DNA of 64,000 bases from Octopus bimaculoides (Eukaryota): contig NC_068990.1 of the NCBI RefSeq assembly GCF_001194135.2, positions 25,091,752 to 25,155,751 of the forward strand, given 5' to 3'. Under the pieces are notes generated by a model. It saw only the letters and a program-made list of their open reading frames with translations. It ran no database searches and was not told the origin of the DNA. Shown here piece by piece: positions 28,501 to 43,500 of this stretch. Numbering within the stretch: position 1 is the stretch's first letter; every line of letters starts with the position of its first letter. The position numbers and the translations under genes are program-made.

Positions 28501-31500
28501 AATTAAGAGAAAACAAACAAAAATCAGCACCAACCTAACAAAGGGTTATTAAATGTTTTTTTGTTTATAATTGGATATCCAGTTCCTCCACAATAACTTG
28601 TAAAACAAAGCTTTCATTGTTAAATAGGAAATAAAAATGAGTGAGAGATATAGAAAAAGTTGTTGGAAGAGGGTTTTACATCTTGTAGCTTCTTCATATT
28701 GGTTCAAGATGTTACAGGATGTTTCAATATAAGTCACATCGAAATTTGTTACCAACACAAAAATCAGCTGTTTTAATGATGGCAAAAAAAAAGACCNNNN
28801 NNNNNNNNNNNNNNNNNNNNNNNNNNNNNNNNNNNNNNNNNNNNNNNNNNNNNNNNNNNNNNNNNNNNNNNNNNNNNNNNNNNNNNNNNNNNNNNNNNNN
28901 NNNNNNNNNNNNNNNNNNNNNNNNNNNNNNNNNNNNNNNNNNNNNNNNNNNNNNNNNNNNNNNNNNNNNNNNNNNNNNNNNNNNNNNNNNNNNNNNNNNN
29001 NNNNNNNNNNNNNNNNNNNNNNNNNNNNTTTAGTTCATTTATTGGAAAGAAAAATCATAAATAAATAAAGAAAGAAAAAGCAAATCTTTCAGGTTTGCAA
29101 ATTTTCTAAGGCTATCTTTTGAAATGAGAAGAGAAAGAAGAAGAAAAAAAGAAATTCTTTGAAATATATTTGTATGTAAAGGATAATAACACAAAGACAA
29201 ATAATTCTGTGGAATTGGTAATTTAAAAAAAAAAAGGAAATGAAAGAAATGTAACAAAAATGAGGATATTTTTCTCTTGAGTTTTTCCCTTCCCCATCAT
29301 TTGTTTCTGATTTAAAGAATGGTTAAATGAATAAAGTAATTTATGTTTGTAAAAAAAAAAAATCACAATGTAAGAACTCCTCAATTGTAAAGAATGCTGA
29401 TTGAAAAATTATGGAACGATTAAATGGAATAATATTTTGTTTTTGGATTTGACACTCCCCAGACACAACAGTAAATGGAATAAGTATTTGTGAAAAAAAC
29501 ATGAGAAGATTGGAAATGATATGAGATATCTGTTTTACATGAACTATGAATAAATAAACATCCAATCACTTAATCTAAACTGAAAGCTAACGAACTAATA
29601 ATCATTATTCCCCCAAATTGTTTTATGAAATCTTTTTTAAAAAAAGAGAAAAAAAAGAAAAAGAAAATACTTGTCCATATTCACTAATAGTATAGTTGCA
29701 AGATATGAATGGTACTGAAGTGTTTAATATGCAAGACTTGACATTTTGATATGAGCAAGATGTAGACATGCTTTTAAAAACTTCCACTCAAAGCACATAT
29801 ATTAACACAGATATCCACCAACGATGGGAATATAATGAATCAACATGCTAGAGGTAGACAGACAGAGACAGAGATTACAAAAAAAAAAAAAAAAAAAATC
29901 ATATATGTATACATATAGAAAGTTTGAGAAACATTAGAACAAATCTGGTAAAGGAAATCTAAGCAGCAATCAGTAAAAATTAAGTCAGTAAACTATAATA
30001 TCGATGCTTTCAAAGCATTAGTAAAACAGTATTCAGACAACTGTGTTGAGGGCAAGTTAAACAAAATGGCCATTGAGAGACTGTTGCCGGAATTCAACTA
30101 ACTGCTCTTGCTTCACAAACCAGGCCCATTGCACCTGTACATAATGTTAGTACAGGAATTTTTCAGTAGGTTAGTTCAGAAACATGAAGCAAAAACCACA
30201 TCATGAAAGCCTTCAATAAGTCCATTCCAAGGAGAACCATACCTTACAGCTAGACTGTTGCCAAAACTGATTCCAAGAATTTGGTCGTGGTTTGACATCT
30301 TTTTTCTCTCTCAGGAATACATTGTTTTCTGTCTTATTTGCAAGAAGGTTAGGTTCCTTATTGCTGCTAATTTGCTTAGAATCTGTTAGTTGTATAGGTT
30401 CAGTTGGTTGAGGGTGGAGTTTGTCAGTAAATGATATTTGGTTAGTTTTATCTGCTGAGAAATCAGGAGAGGACTGAACATCAGATGGAACAACAGTTTC
30501 TAATCTGTTAGATGACACCGGTGACAGAGAGGAAGACAATCCACTTTGAGGCAGACCATCAGGAAGAGACAATTGTATTGCTTCTGTTGTAGCATCATTT
30601 ATTGGTTTCTTAAATTCTGGATTTTCAGCAAATTCTTCTGTATGCAGAATATCTGAAGTTTGTTTGGAAGGTACTGTAGTTTCAAATGATTCCACTGTAT
30701 TCTTGTCTGCATGTGAAGGCAAACCAATCAGAGGAAGTTGTTTATCCTTATTATCTGAGCCAGAAACCATTTCAAGAGGTTTCTGTGGCAGGTTGCTTTC
30801 CATATAGGGTTTAGCAGCATTTTCAGGTGTTACCAAAGTTTGGTTTGAATCAACTGAAAGAATTGGCTCCGTTTCTGACGAGGTTGTTTCTGTGTAGTCT
30901 GCATTATTAGAATCTTTTAATCCTTCTCGTGTGCTGTTGCTAACTATTAATCCTGCAGCTATTGCTTCAATGAAGTCCAGCTTTTTGTGATCTCCTGGAG
31001 TAATATAAGTTCCCTTATGAGGATCGATTATACCTCGATTGATAGCTTCTTTAAGATTTATGATTGAATCCTGATTGAGGTCTCGAATTTCCATACAACT
31101 AGCTGTGATCAAACCATTTCCAATAACAGTAGCGAGATCATTGTGTTTTCCAGAGCAAGGGTCACAGAAAAGCCCAAGCTTTTTATCATAAAGAGCCTGA
31201 TCAACAGCACTGTATAGGGTCAGTCCACTTGGACTAATGATGAAACCTTGGTGAAGGGCTTCAGCCAAACTCATGCACTGCCCTGTCTGTGGGTTTTTAA
31301 ATATACCAGTTTTGATATCAATAAGACCTAAACTAGCAGCTCTTCTTAGAGTAATTGATTGCACAGTATCAGGGTCAATAACTTGAGAATTTGATCGACT
31401 TAGCATTCCAGAAGCAAAAGCTTCTTCTAGTTTCATATTTTCTATCTCAGAATTATTCAAATCAGAATACGTGTTGTTAGTTTTATCACTTGCCGACATA

Positions 31501-34500
31501 TCTGAATTTATAGAATGGCTAAGATCAGCATTTTGAGCCTTTAACCCTTTATCCTCCTTTGAAATCCACCCCTTCTTTTTGGCGTCATAAAGGTTCATAA
31601 TTTCATTAGACACAGGGTGTTTAAATTTACCTTTCTCCAATGATAAAAGGCCAATCGAATTGGCAACAAGGATGTTCATAGTTTCTAGAGTCTGAGGACA
31701 CACAATTTCATCAGCTAAAGGATTTAAAAGTTCTAATTTCAAAGCATTCAGTATTGTCATAGAGTTGCCAGTATTGGGGTCTATTAAAAACCCTGTCTCA
31801 GGTTCATACAAACCTTTGTCAAGATAATCATTCAAAGTTGTTTCAGGGTTAGAACACTTCAAATTCAATGGCAGCATCAGTTGAGAGAGTTCTGGGTTAT
31901 AGAGTAATATTGGACTTTGTAATGGTTGCTCTGTGGCAGACGCTTGGATATTGGAAACATCACTGCTAACTGAAATATTCTGGGGTATGAATTTTGGTAC
32001 TTTAGTCAGCATGATTTTTTCATCAGGTGCTGAAGAATTTTTAATTAAAGACAAACTGCACAATTCTGGCTTCATTTCCTGCAGAATTAATGTACTTTTA
32101 GAATTTGCCCTTTCATCAGGAAGCATTTTCATATCATCAGTCACAACTACTTTATTATCTGGTTCAACAGAACCTTTACTGTACAATAAAATTTCATTAG
32201 AAATGGTTTCTTTCTCAGTTCTCTGACCTCTCAAGATATCATCAGACAAGGACACAGAATCAGTTTTATCAGAATCAGTTCCTATTGATGTTGTACATGG
32301 CAAATTTTCTTGATTCTTTGAAGAACCACAAGGTAGTGTTGTAGACTCACCCTTATTAAATACATTTCTTTGAAGTTCATCCTGCCAAATTTCTGGTTCT
32401 TTTAGGTACTTGAGAGGTTGCATTTTAGACAGAGAGTCTTTGACTATAACTTCTTTAAAAACTGTAAAGAATTCTTGAGTTCTAATGCAAGTATCAGCCC
32501 CTTCTGTGTATTCTTCTATATCATATAAAATCCTTGTTGGAGTCGTGTCTTGGATGGTTTCATGATCTGTTAATATGCTATCCGACACATCTGCACTTTC
32601 TACGTTCTCAGATACAGTTTTTATAGCAGTTGTATTCTGTAAAGTTTGCTCATCTCTAGGAGAACTATCAGACATTCCTATACATTCTACCTTATCAGAA
32701 ACAGTTCTTAAGGCGGTTGAGTCTTGCAGCGTTGGCTGATTCTTTAGTGTATTAACAGACAGTGATGTATATGGTACCTCATTAAATACAGTGTTTTTGG
32801 AAGCCACAGTATCAAAAGATTCCTGCATCTCTAATGAACTATCGAGTGTTGTTATACCTCCTGTTTCTTTACAAGCTGAATCTTGTGTTTGCTTTTGATT
32901 CTTTGGAGCAATATTAGGAAATGCTGTAAAGTCTGCTTTATCAGAAATATTTGGAACAGAATTTGAGATTTGGATCATTTCTTGATCTTTTTGGTAAGTA
33001 TCAAGTAAATCCTTATTAAGTTGTATTCCTTCAGAAAGTTTAGCCTGTTGATTTTCTGGGTTTCTTGGTAAACTATCAGGTAGTCTTGGAGATGCTTCTT
33101 CATTTGATCCAGTTCTTCTGGGAACTGTGACTTGCTGTGATGACTGGTCAAGTACTGTTCTTTTAGACATAGCGTCCTGCAAAGTTTCTTGACTGCCAAC
33201 AGGATTCTTAGGAAGTGCAATAAAATTGGCTTCATTTACTGCAACTCCTTCGGAATGTGGATTTTGAAGCAATTCTTGTACATTAGATGAAGATTTCTCT
33301 AAATCTGGATGGTTTACATCAACTGTGAAAGTAGGATTCAGCAAGGCCTGCTGGGAGTTTGAAATACTTTTTAATGGCGTCACTTCTGCATTATTAACTG
33401 CATTTCCTTTGGAAATGTTTTCTGGTTTAAGTTGTGATTCAGCAAATGTCATAGATTTTGGATTCTTTGACATAGCACTTGCATCTTGCAACGATTCTTT
33501 ACCTTTTGGTAAATTATCATTCAACAATGGAGTTGGCACATTAGAAAGTTTACTTTGCAAAGTTTCTGGAGAATGTAGAGAGCTGTTGTCCAATGATGGG
33601 TTTTGTTCGATAGTAGGTGTATCTTGTATGGTATGAACAAAGTTTGACGAAACACCATTTGATATTGGAAAGAATATTTGAGGTGCAACTTGTGAAGTTT
33701 CTAGACCATTTGGGAAATTATTTGGCATCACACTGTGCACATTGTCAAGTGCCATTCCTTTTGAACTTACATCAGGAAATACATCTTTTGTCTTTTCCAA
33801 TTCATTATTTAATTCTGAAGGTTTTAAATGATCAAATATAATTCCTTTCAACACAGCATCTTGTAAAGTTAAATTGATGCCAGATTGAGTAAGACATCCT
33901 GTTGTTAGATCAAACATGTTGTCCTCAATAATGCTTGACAATAACAAAGGTTGTTTGTTGTCTGCTGAAACAAATGTATGGTTTATATTTATAAAACCTG
34001 AATCAATAGCTTCCTTTAATGTCTGCCTTTTTCCTGTCGAAGTGTTCAACATGCAACTAGAATTGGAATCAAAAAGTTTCATGTTTACTGCTTTTCCCAA
34101 GTCAATTTGTTGGTCAGGAATGGTAAATATAGACCCGGATTTAACAGCTTTTTCCAAAGAAATTCTTGTCTTTTTAGATTTATTTAGCAGTGACATTGTC
34201 TTACTACTAATCACTCCCTTTTCTAAAGCTTCATACAGAGTGAATACAGACCCATTTTCTGGATGTTTAATCAAAGATGTCTGTCCATCAATTAGATTAC
34301 TTGATAAAGAATCAGTTAAATTCTTGTAATCATCTATTCTAGGATCCCAAAACATCTGTCTCTGAGAATCAAATACTCCATATTCATAGGCTGCTTTTAA
34401 ACTGAGTTTAGGTTTCTCTGCATCAATGATATAACAAACTTCTAAAGCTTCTTTATAAGAAAGATGCTGGTTTCCAGGAATGGATAAAGTAAAGTTTTCA

Positions 34501-37500
34501 GGATTTAAAATTCTTTTTTTAACAGCAGTTTTAAAAGGAATGTAACATTTTAAATGAACATCCCATACCAATGGCTCTTTCAAAAATCCCATTTCACTAT
34601 TTTGATGAAGTTGGGGTATATCTATCATTTGTTTACCATTCAAATTATTGCAAGGTAAGATTTTCTGAGTTTTTAGCCCTTCAGCAAGTGTATAGCTTCT
34701 ATTTTGAGAAATAAATTTACCAGAAGAGTCTAAAACATTTGCCTCTATGGCTTGCAGAATGGATAGTGGGCTGGGGTGATCAGGGAACATAAAACGATCC
34801 TTATCGGATAAGACATGAGACTCCACTGCTTCCTTCAATGGAATGAAAGCTTGTGTATAGATGTTGTAAACTGAATTAGTGTCCTCCTGGTAGAATCCCA
34901 GCTCAATAGCCTCATTCAGACTAATGTTATTTGAGATATCCGATATAAGATTATTACTGAGGGCTGTAGAAAGATCAACACAAGATCCCTCAGAATTACA
35001 AAGAGTCCCTTTTACACTGTCAAACCAGCCTTGATCAATGGCTTGGTTTAGTGGTGAAAAAGATTCGCTGTTGGATTTTTTCACTAATGTTAGCTTTGAA
35101 TCTATCAACCCAATATCTACAGCATCTTGAATATCAATTTGTTTTCCTGATATTGGATCAATAACATTCTTTAAATCCTGATCAAAAAAGCCAGATTGAA
35201 TAGCAGTGACAAGACCAACTGCAGATTGGCCTGTGGCAAGTCTGATGATGCCAGCATCAACAGCTTCTTTTAAATCAAGATCTTTACCATTAGACTTAAT
35301 CTTAACATCTTCAACATTTAAAATTCCCTTTTGAACAGCTTCGTCAATAGTCAGAAAATGATCTTCATGTTTAATTGTAATTTGATCAATCATTAGTAAT
35401 CCACTGCTCACAGCTTCCTGCAAATTTTCAATCTTTCCTGATTTTGGATTCATAAATTTACAGGATTCTGGATTATAGATACCAAGTTTAACAGCTTCTA
35501 TAGGAGTAGTTTCTGATGTACCTTTATCTTGAAGAATTAAACCTTTGCGTATTGCTTCTTCTAGAGGGTAACATTTTGAAGGTGTAATGTAGGAACCATC
35601 AGAAGCACTTATAATCCCCTGTAGAATTCCACCACTCACAGTTAAAAGAGTTTGAGAATTTACATCTCGAACAGTGATAGAATTTTTGTCTAGAAGTCCA
35701 AATTCTAAAGCATTCATAAACGAACTTGGGAGTGAGGAAAAGGGATCAACAAATCTCTTTTTACAAGGATCATAAATTCCTTCTTCAAAAGCTTCCTGAA
35801 GTGTAAGGCCAGGCTGTGAGGAAATATCAAGAATCAATCCTTTATCTATGGCCTCAATCAAAGAGTATTCAGTCCCTCGATAGGATAACTCTGACCTTTC
35901 AGCATTAAACAAGTTATTTTCTAGAGCAGAACTGAAGCTACAAGCTTCACCAGCATCATTCCGCACTCGTACCAGATCAGTATCAATCAATCCAATATTG
36001 ATTGCATCAGAAAATGAAATTTCTTCATTAGTATTTGGATTTAGAAACAGATTAGTATCTTCATTGAAAAGTTCATCAAACATTTCAGTGAGAGATAATT
36101 TTAATGGCGAACGGCATCTCACAATCAACCCTTTCTCAAGAGCAAAGTTCAAAGCAATAGCTTGACTTTGAGCATCCATCATTTTACCAGAATCAACATC
36201 AATAAGCCGTTTGGAAATGGCTTCGCTAAGAATCATCACATCCCAACTTACAGGGTCTCTAACGAGAGATTCCATTCTTATAAATCCATCATCTATAGCA
36301 GTTGATAAAGGAACAGATTCATTTGATGGGTAAGTCACAGTATTTTTTAATGGGTTGTACAGGCCAGTAAGGATAGCCTCATCTAAAGTCACTGAATCGT
36401 TAGCATTTTCTGCTAAGAGAGGGGTACATAAAGACAGACTTTCTCTTCTCAGAGTGGAGACTGATGTTCTTCTTTTGGAAGAAAGAGTTGGCATTGAAGA
36501 TCGTCTTCGGAGAGATGGCGATGTAGTAATTTTATCAGAGTTAAGCTGAATATTATCAGTTGTGAAATTTGAATTCAAAATTACATCAGATGGATTGTGT
36601 TGGAGTTGTTCATGATGTCGGGGTTGTTCATGAAGCAAAATTTTAAGCTTACGGGAGATTAAGAATTCTTTGTTTACAGCTTCAGTGATAGTTAGTTGCC
36701 TATTCTTATTCAGATCAAGATAAAAACAGCCAACAGTATTTGAATGGAGAATATTTTCACAAAAAGCTTCTCTTATTGAAACGATTTGATTGGATTTTGT
36801 ATTTACAACTTCTTCAGAATATAGGCTCAAATATTGAAAACTTATCATCTCATCCAGAGTATACCATTTTCCTGTAGTGGTTTCCTTAAACAAATAATTG
36901 GAACTATCAAAATTTCCTTCATGTACCAGATCAGCAATAGAAGTTTCAATTTTGTCAACTATGAAACCTTTATGCAGTGCTTCATTCCAGTCCAGCCATT
37001 TTTTCAATGAAGAATTCTGAATCTGCCCAGTCTGAATATCAAACAGATGTCTGTCGTTAGCAGTGGCTAGATTAATAAATTCTTGGTTTTTCACATCTAA
37101 CATTCTGGTTGCTGCTGTAACAGATCCTGTCTTGATAAGGTCAAATAAACCAGGACCAATTTTATTACGAAACTGGAAAAATTCTGATTCCTTTATTTCA
37201 GGGTGTTCCAAACAAATAATTCTTTCTTTGAAAGCTGATGCCAGAGAATATTGCAAATTACTGTTGCTAACGATTAAGTTTCCATTATCGATGTGAACCT
37301 GTCCTGATAAAATAGCTTGCTCTAAACTAATCGAAGTTGAAGGATTCAAATGAAGAGTCACACTAGGTCCATAGAGTAAACCAGATTCTAAACTTTGGTG
37401 AAGGTTGAGTAATTCCATATTAGATGGGTGAGCAAATTTACAACTAAGAGGATCCCAGAATCCTTTAATAAAGTTCTTGCAATAGCAGTCGAGATTGGAC

Positions 37501-40500
37501 ACATACGGACAATCACCAGATACAATGGGAGGGGATGTAATATATTGATCGTTCAGATTTGATTGGGAAAAGCTATATGGATGCTCATCAATATCCTCAC
37601 TGCTATCTGTAGTGGAGGAATTGGAACTATGAAAGCCATTTGGAATGGAATGGTGAAAACCTGGCAAACTTTGTTCTTTTGTCACAACTGTTGAAGATTT
37701 CTCACAAAGACCTTGACCTTTTGGATTGGGAGGCATATTCTTACCCTGAAAATTAGAATCTATATCTCAACAAAGAGTCATTAAATCCATACCTACTCTA
37801 AATTAAATAAAAACAGAGGCAAATAAATCAATAAATATATAATACAAATATGTACAGATGAATTTTGTACTTTGTTTTGTTAATATAGTCTTAGAATTGT
37901 TTTTTATGGTGATGGTAAGTCAAAATATCTTAATATAGGATCAAAAAAAAAAAAAAAAAATAAGGAAGAAACAATGAAAATGATGCTCTCCAAAAGGATA
38001 ATAAATTTTTTAAATTCATAAACAACATGAAAGAGAAACTCAGAGTTAATGAACATGGAATGAAATCCACCCCAGCACTTTTTAGTACACGGAATGAAGT
38101 ATTATGCTTCCCCCACCCTACTATCCTACAAGAAGTACATGATATGAACTTTCATCATCATCATTAGCAGCACTTATAAAAAGCACATGGAATGAGGTAT
38201 TACCTTGCCTTATACCCACCACTCTTTAAAAAACATGAAATTAATCATTACTCTCCATCTAGCTTTTAAAAATGCACTAACAATGATAGGTCAACTCACG
38301 CACCAGTGAAAACATTAAAAAATACAAAAATAAAGTACTATTCTTCCATTTTTACAAATGTATACAAGACAAGGCATAACCTCACCACACATCTTCCCAA
38401 ATGAACACAGGAAAATTAAATATGACAAACATCTGACCTATTTTCATATTGGTTTCAATTTTTGGCACAAGGTCAGTAATTTCAGGGGAGGGGATAAGTT
38501 GATTGTATCAACCCCAGTGCTCAACTGGTACTTATTTATTGACCCCCACCAAAAGGATGAAAGGCAAAACTGACCCTGGCAGAATTTGAACTCAGAACAT
38601 AAAGATGACAAAATACCACAAAGCATTTTGCCTAGCAGGCTAACAATTCTGCCAACTCACAGCTTTTGGAGCTATTTTAATATTGAAAATCATCTGTGTT
38701 CAACATTGGATATCTTCACAAGTATGAAGTATTAATTTTCTAACATCAGCACAAATCTTCCCATGTGAGGGTTGGGTGAGCCAATCAGCTTGACTCCAGT
38801 TCACAGTACAAAGTTTTGATCTGCGATTGCAGTAAACCTGCTCATACACTGAAAACAGATGCAGATGAAGCAGCATCTTATAAAGTCTGGTTACTATTAG
38901 ACTCACTATCATCATTTCAACATCCAGAGTTTTCCATGCTCAAATGTGTCATATGGAATTTGTTGAGGAAGATTTTCCATGGCCAGATGTCCTTTCTGTT
39001 GCCAACCCTCACCTGTTTCTAAGTAAGGTAATATTTCCCCATAACCTGACATGTCTTGAAAAATTGGAAATGAAGGATACCACTTGCATGATGGTGACAC
39101 TTGCTTTTCACAATCACATGATGTCAAGGAAAGGAGACAATAACACATACAAATATGACAGGCTTCTTTCGGTTTCCACCTGCCAAACCCACAAAAAGCT
39201 TTGATTGGGCTATAACAGAAGACACCAACTCAAGGTGGAAACTTCTTATCACACAGGCAGGCCTGCACCTAGACTAGTTTAAAATAATTTAATAAAGAAT
39301 TAATATCCTAAAACAGGACATTATAAAAAAAGACTGTTGCAATTAGTTAAACAAATAACCATTTCTAATTTAGGTACCATGCCAGTAACTGCGAAGGGAG
39401 TGGGGTTAATTGATGACATTCATCCAGGAAATGACCGGTACTTTATCTAATCAACTCTGAAGTTGACCTCAGCAGGATTTGAACTCAGAATGTAAACAGA
39501 ATGAATGCTGCAAAGCAATGTTTTTATCTGACACTCCAATGATGTTACCAACTCATCACCTTTGTTAACCAAATAATAAAACTGAAGTTTACAGGTCCAG
39601 GAAAATGTGTGTATATATTCAATGCTAAGAGACAAGTTTATATTATTCTTTCTAATTTTGGCACAATGCCAGCAATTTCTTGAAGGGAAAGAGAAGTCAG
39701 TTACGTTGATTCCAGTGATCAATTGTAATTTATTTTATTAACCCTAAATGGATGAAAGGCAAAACCAACCTTGGTGGCATTTGAACTTGGAACATAAAGA
39801 GCTGGAAGAATTTTCTAGCGTGTTAACAATTCTACCAGTTTTCTGCCTTGCATTTATTTATAATACTGATTTCAAAATTTGGAACAAGGCAAAATTTCGG
39901 GGAGAGACTCTAAGGTCAATAAAATTGACCTCAGTACTCAACTGGTATTATATCGACTCCAAAGGGATGAAAGGCAAAGGTGACCTCGGCAGAAAGGAAA
40001 AAAAAAAAATCACACTATAATATTAAAATGACACTAGTTAAATTTTAAAAATTTGAAGAGTGATGTATGTGAAAACAAAAGCAAATATGCAAATTATGAA
40101 ATGTGTCAATAAGAAATGACAGAAGACGTTTTCTTTCTTAGGGTGAACAGAACAAGATTAAAATCACAATGGTAACAAGTTTCAATGAAATATAAAACTG
40201 TTAGAATACATAAATGAAATATCAATGAGTTCACTAATAACTGCAACAAGGTGGCTAAGCCGTTACCTACCTGACAAAATCGAGTTATCTCATAACAGCA
40301 CCAGGTGAAAATAGATCTGACCATAATTTTGACAGCTGCATCTTTAATTATCATAATTATTGCTGTTTGTTTTTGCTAAACAAATTCAAATGTACAATTT
40401 CCAAGTGGTATGTCCAACTCAGAAAAGCCATTAATAAGAAACGTGTGTCTTCATTAGAAAGGTTTTCTTTTATGAAGCTTCTCAAGACATTTTACAGACA

Positions 40501-43500
40501 GAAATGATACGTTTCAAAATGGCCACACACACACAAAAAAAACAAAAAAAGTTGTGAGGTTAGAATTAGCTGGTGCCAAGTCAAAGTACACAGTAGCTTA
40601 TTGTTAACTGTTGCTGTGACAAAATCCAAGAAATAACTATTTAAAATAGACTGGTGAAAAAATGTTTTTCATATGCAAATATTTCACTAACAGCAGAGGG
40701 AAGAGTCTATATTTCAGAAAAAAAAAAATGCTAATTAAAATAACAATTAAGCTAATAATTACAAACAGTTTGTTTCAAATTTTAAAATAATCCCATAAAC
40801 TCTGACAACAAATTACTTTAAATGGGTCAGAAATACTTCCAATAAACAGAGTCCATTGAATGTGTGTGTGTGTGTAACTATCGTTTACTTGTTTCAGTCA
40901 TTAGACTGTGGCCATGCTGGGGTATTGAAGAATTCTTAGTCAAACGATTCAACCCTAGTACTTATGTTTTTCATTTTTAGCCTGGTACTCTTTTGATGAA
41001 CCATTAAGTTATGGGGATGTAAACACACCACTAGGGTTTATGTAATCGACTTACTCACTCCCCTAAAATTGCTGGCCTTGTGCCAAAATTTGAAATCAAT
41101 ATGCTATATATGCCAAGTGTTCCCCCACCCCATCCCAAATCACTTCACAGAATGTATTGGGTGCATATCATCATGGCACCAACACCAGAGAGGTTATCTA
41201 AAGCAGATTTAGGGTCTTTTGGACCCTGTATCAGCTTCTATTTAAAGTTCTTTCCCTACACTGACAATCTTTGCTACAGCTTGACAAGTGCACGCCATCT
41301 TTGTTCCTTTCTTTTACATGGGACTAAACAAATAGAGTGAAATGGGAGGTTGTCTCAATTCTACAGTGGTGGCCACTCAGGACTAAATAATAATTCATTA
41401 CATTGCTAAATAGGAAACAGAGTAGCTGATTGAGTCAGTTCTGATAGAAGTATATAAAATAAGAATATGCAAATTTTATGGACCTTGGAGGGATGAATGG
41501 TAAATTCGACCCTGGATGGGCTTCGACATAAAACACTGTTACTAAATACTACAGGACGTTTGCTGTGGCGTTCTAAAGTTCCTTCCTTGACCATCACTGA
41601 TGATAACAATAGCAAGATGTAATTAAAAATGAAGACTTAATTAATTAAAGTTAAATATCAAAACCATTTATAAACTAATGACCAATGAGTCACTAAATGT
41701 AACACCTTACCTTCTCATGATGATGGTGATGATGAAAGTAGAAATAACGATAGTAATGTTATTGATGATGGTGATGATGATGGCAATGATAATGAGAGTA
41801 AATATGAAGATGATGATGATGATGATGAATTTCACAAGGATGATGAAACATTAAAGTTGTTAAACTGTAATGAAGTCTAAGTGAAATCCAACACAAATTA
41901 CTTTAAAAAAAGACAAAATTAAAAGGAGTTGCATCATAGAAATAGGAGTACTTACCGTTTCTGAAGATTCAATTTCTAAAGTTGGCAGTGGTTTCTCTCC
42001 AATTACCTGAAGAAAACTACTTCCTTCAACAGCTTCTGATGTTACGAGCCCAGCAGCTACTGCTTCCTTGAGAGGAATCGAATCTCCTGTGGTGCTGTTC
42101 ACAACATTGCCGCTGGAATCAATGTAGAAACCAGGAACTGCCATATAGGTGGAACTAGTGGCTATCGTTTGGATTTCGGTAGCACTTTTTGAAATTAATT
42201 CTCCATTTGAATAATAAGCACTTTGATCAGGACTAAAAGGTGAACCTTCTGTGACAGTCATGTATTGACCTTTTCGGAATGGTTCCTTTTGCTTTGCTTC
42301 ACCAGGAATGTCTGTTTTAGCGGCAATATAACCTAGCTGAAGGGCTTTGTCTAGAGAGAGAGTTACATGGCTTGTAGGATCCGTGTAATTTCCTGTTGTC
42401 TCATCTAAATAACCGTCTTGCAAAGCTTTGCTCAAAGAAATAGGTTTGTCGTCATTGGGAGGAATATTTCCATTGCTAGCAGATGGAGAAGAACTAGTAG
42501 GTACCAAAAATCCACATTGGAAAGCTTCGTCCAATGACAAAGTAACATTGGTGACAGGGTTTCGGAAAGTTCCAGATGAGGAATCAATCAGTCCAGATTT
42601 AAAGGCATCATTAAAAGTAATGGGATCTCCAGTAGTCAGATCACTTAAAATACCCCTTTTCACAGCATCCTCAATGGTCATATCTAAACCTTTATCAGAA
42701 TCCCGGTATCGTTGGCAGTTCACATCTAAGAGGCCATCATTAAGAGCTTGTTTAAAAGTTATGCTTGAACCAGTTTTTGTATCGGCTGGAAGTTCAGAGC
42801 TTTTCAGCAGCACAACTGATTCAACTGGGGACTTCTTGGCTCTCGGTAGTTTTGGAGAGAGATAGCCTTCATCAACAGCAGTCTGAAGATCACATTCAGT
42901 TTTGCTATCAGGTCGTGTGAATAAGCCCGTTTTTACGTTTATTTGGCCTATTTTTATAGCCTCTTGGAAAGAACATGCTTTTGGTGACCGGGAATTATCA
43001 GGGAAATGGAAAGGTTCATCTTGGTCATTCAATAAGATTCCTAATAAAACAGCTTCATCAACAGAATAGCAACTGTTGGAACCCGGATCAATAAATTTAC
43101 CAGTTTTTCGATCCACGAGACCTTTAATCAAAGCGTCTTTTAATTTTAATCCAGGTTTTGCTCTTTTAACTGAACCTTCAGTAATTTCAGCTTTCACAAA
43201 TCCCTTTTGAATTGCTTCTGTAATTGATAAGGTGCTGTTAGTTTTAATGTCAACATAATTTCCAGCTGGGTCTAAGATCCCCTTTTCAAACGCATCAGCT
43301 GTACTTATCATTTCTTGCTTCTCAGGATCAACAGCTCCAATAACGTTATATGTTACTCCAGGTTTCTGAGATGATACTGTGGTCTTTGTGGTAACCACAG
43401 ACTGAACAGAGCCAGAAACGAAACCTTCTTTCATAGCGTCCTCGATACTGAGAACAGTACCAGAATTTGAGTCCAAATAGGTTTTCCCATCTCTGTCAAT

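Noticed and set aside
28677-28765. Possible exon LIFVLVTNFD...EEATR
   Set aside because: Weak donor, phase 0-1 mismatch with the next exon, and no family similarity.
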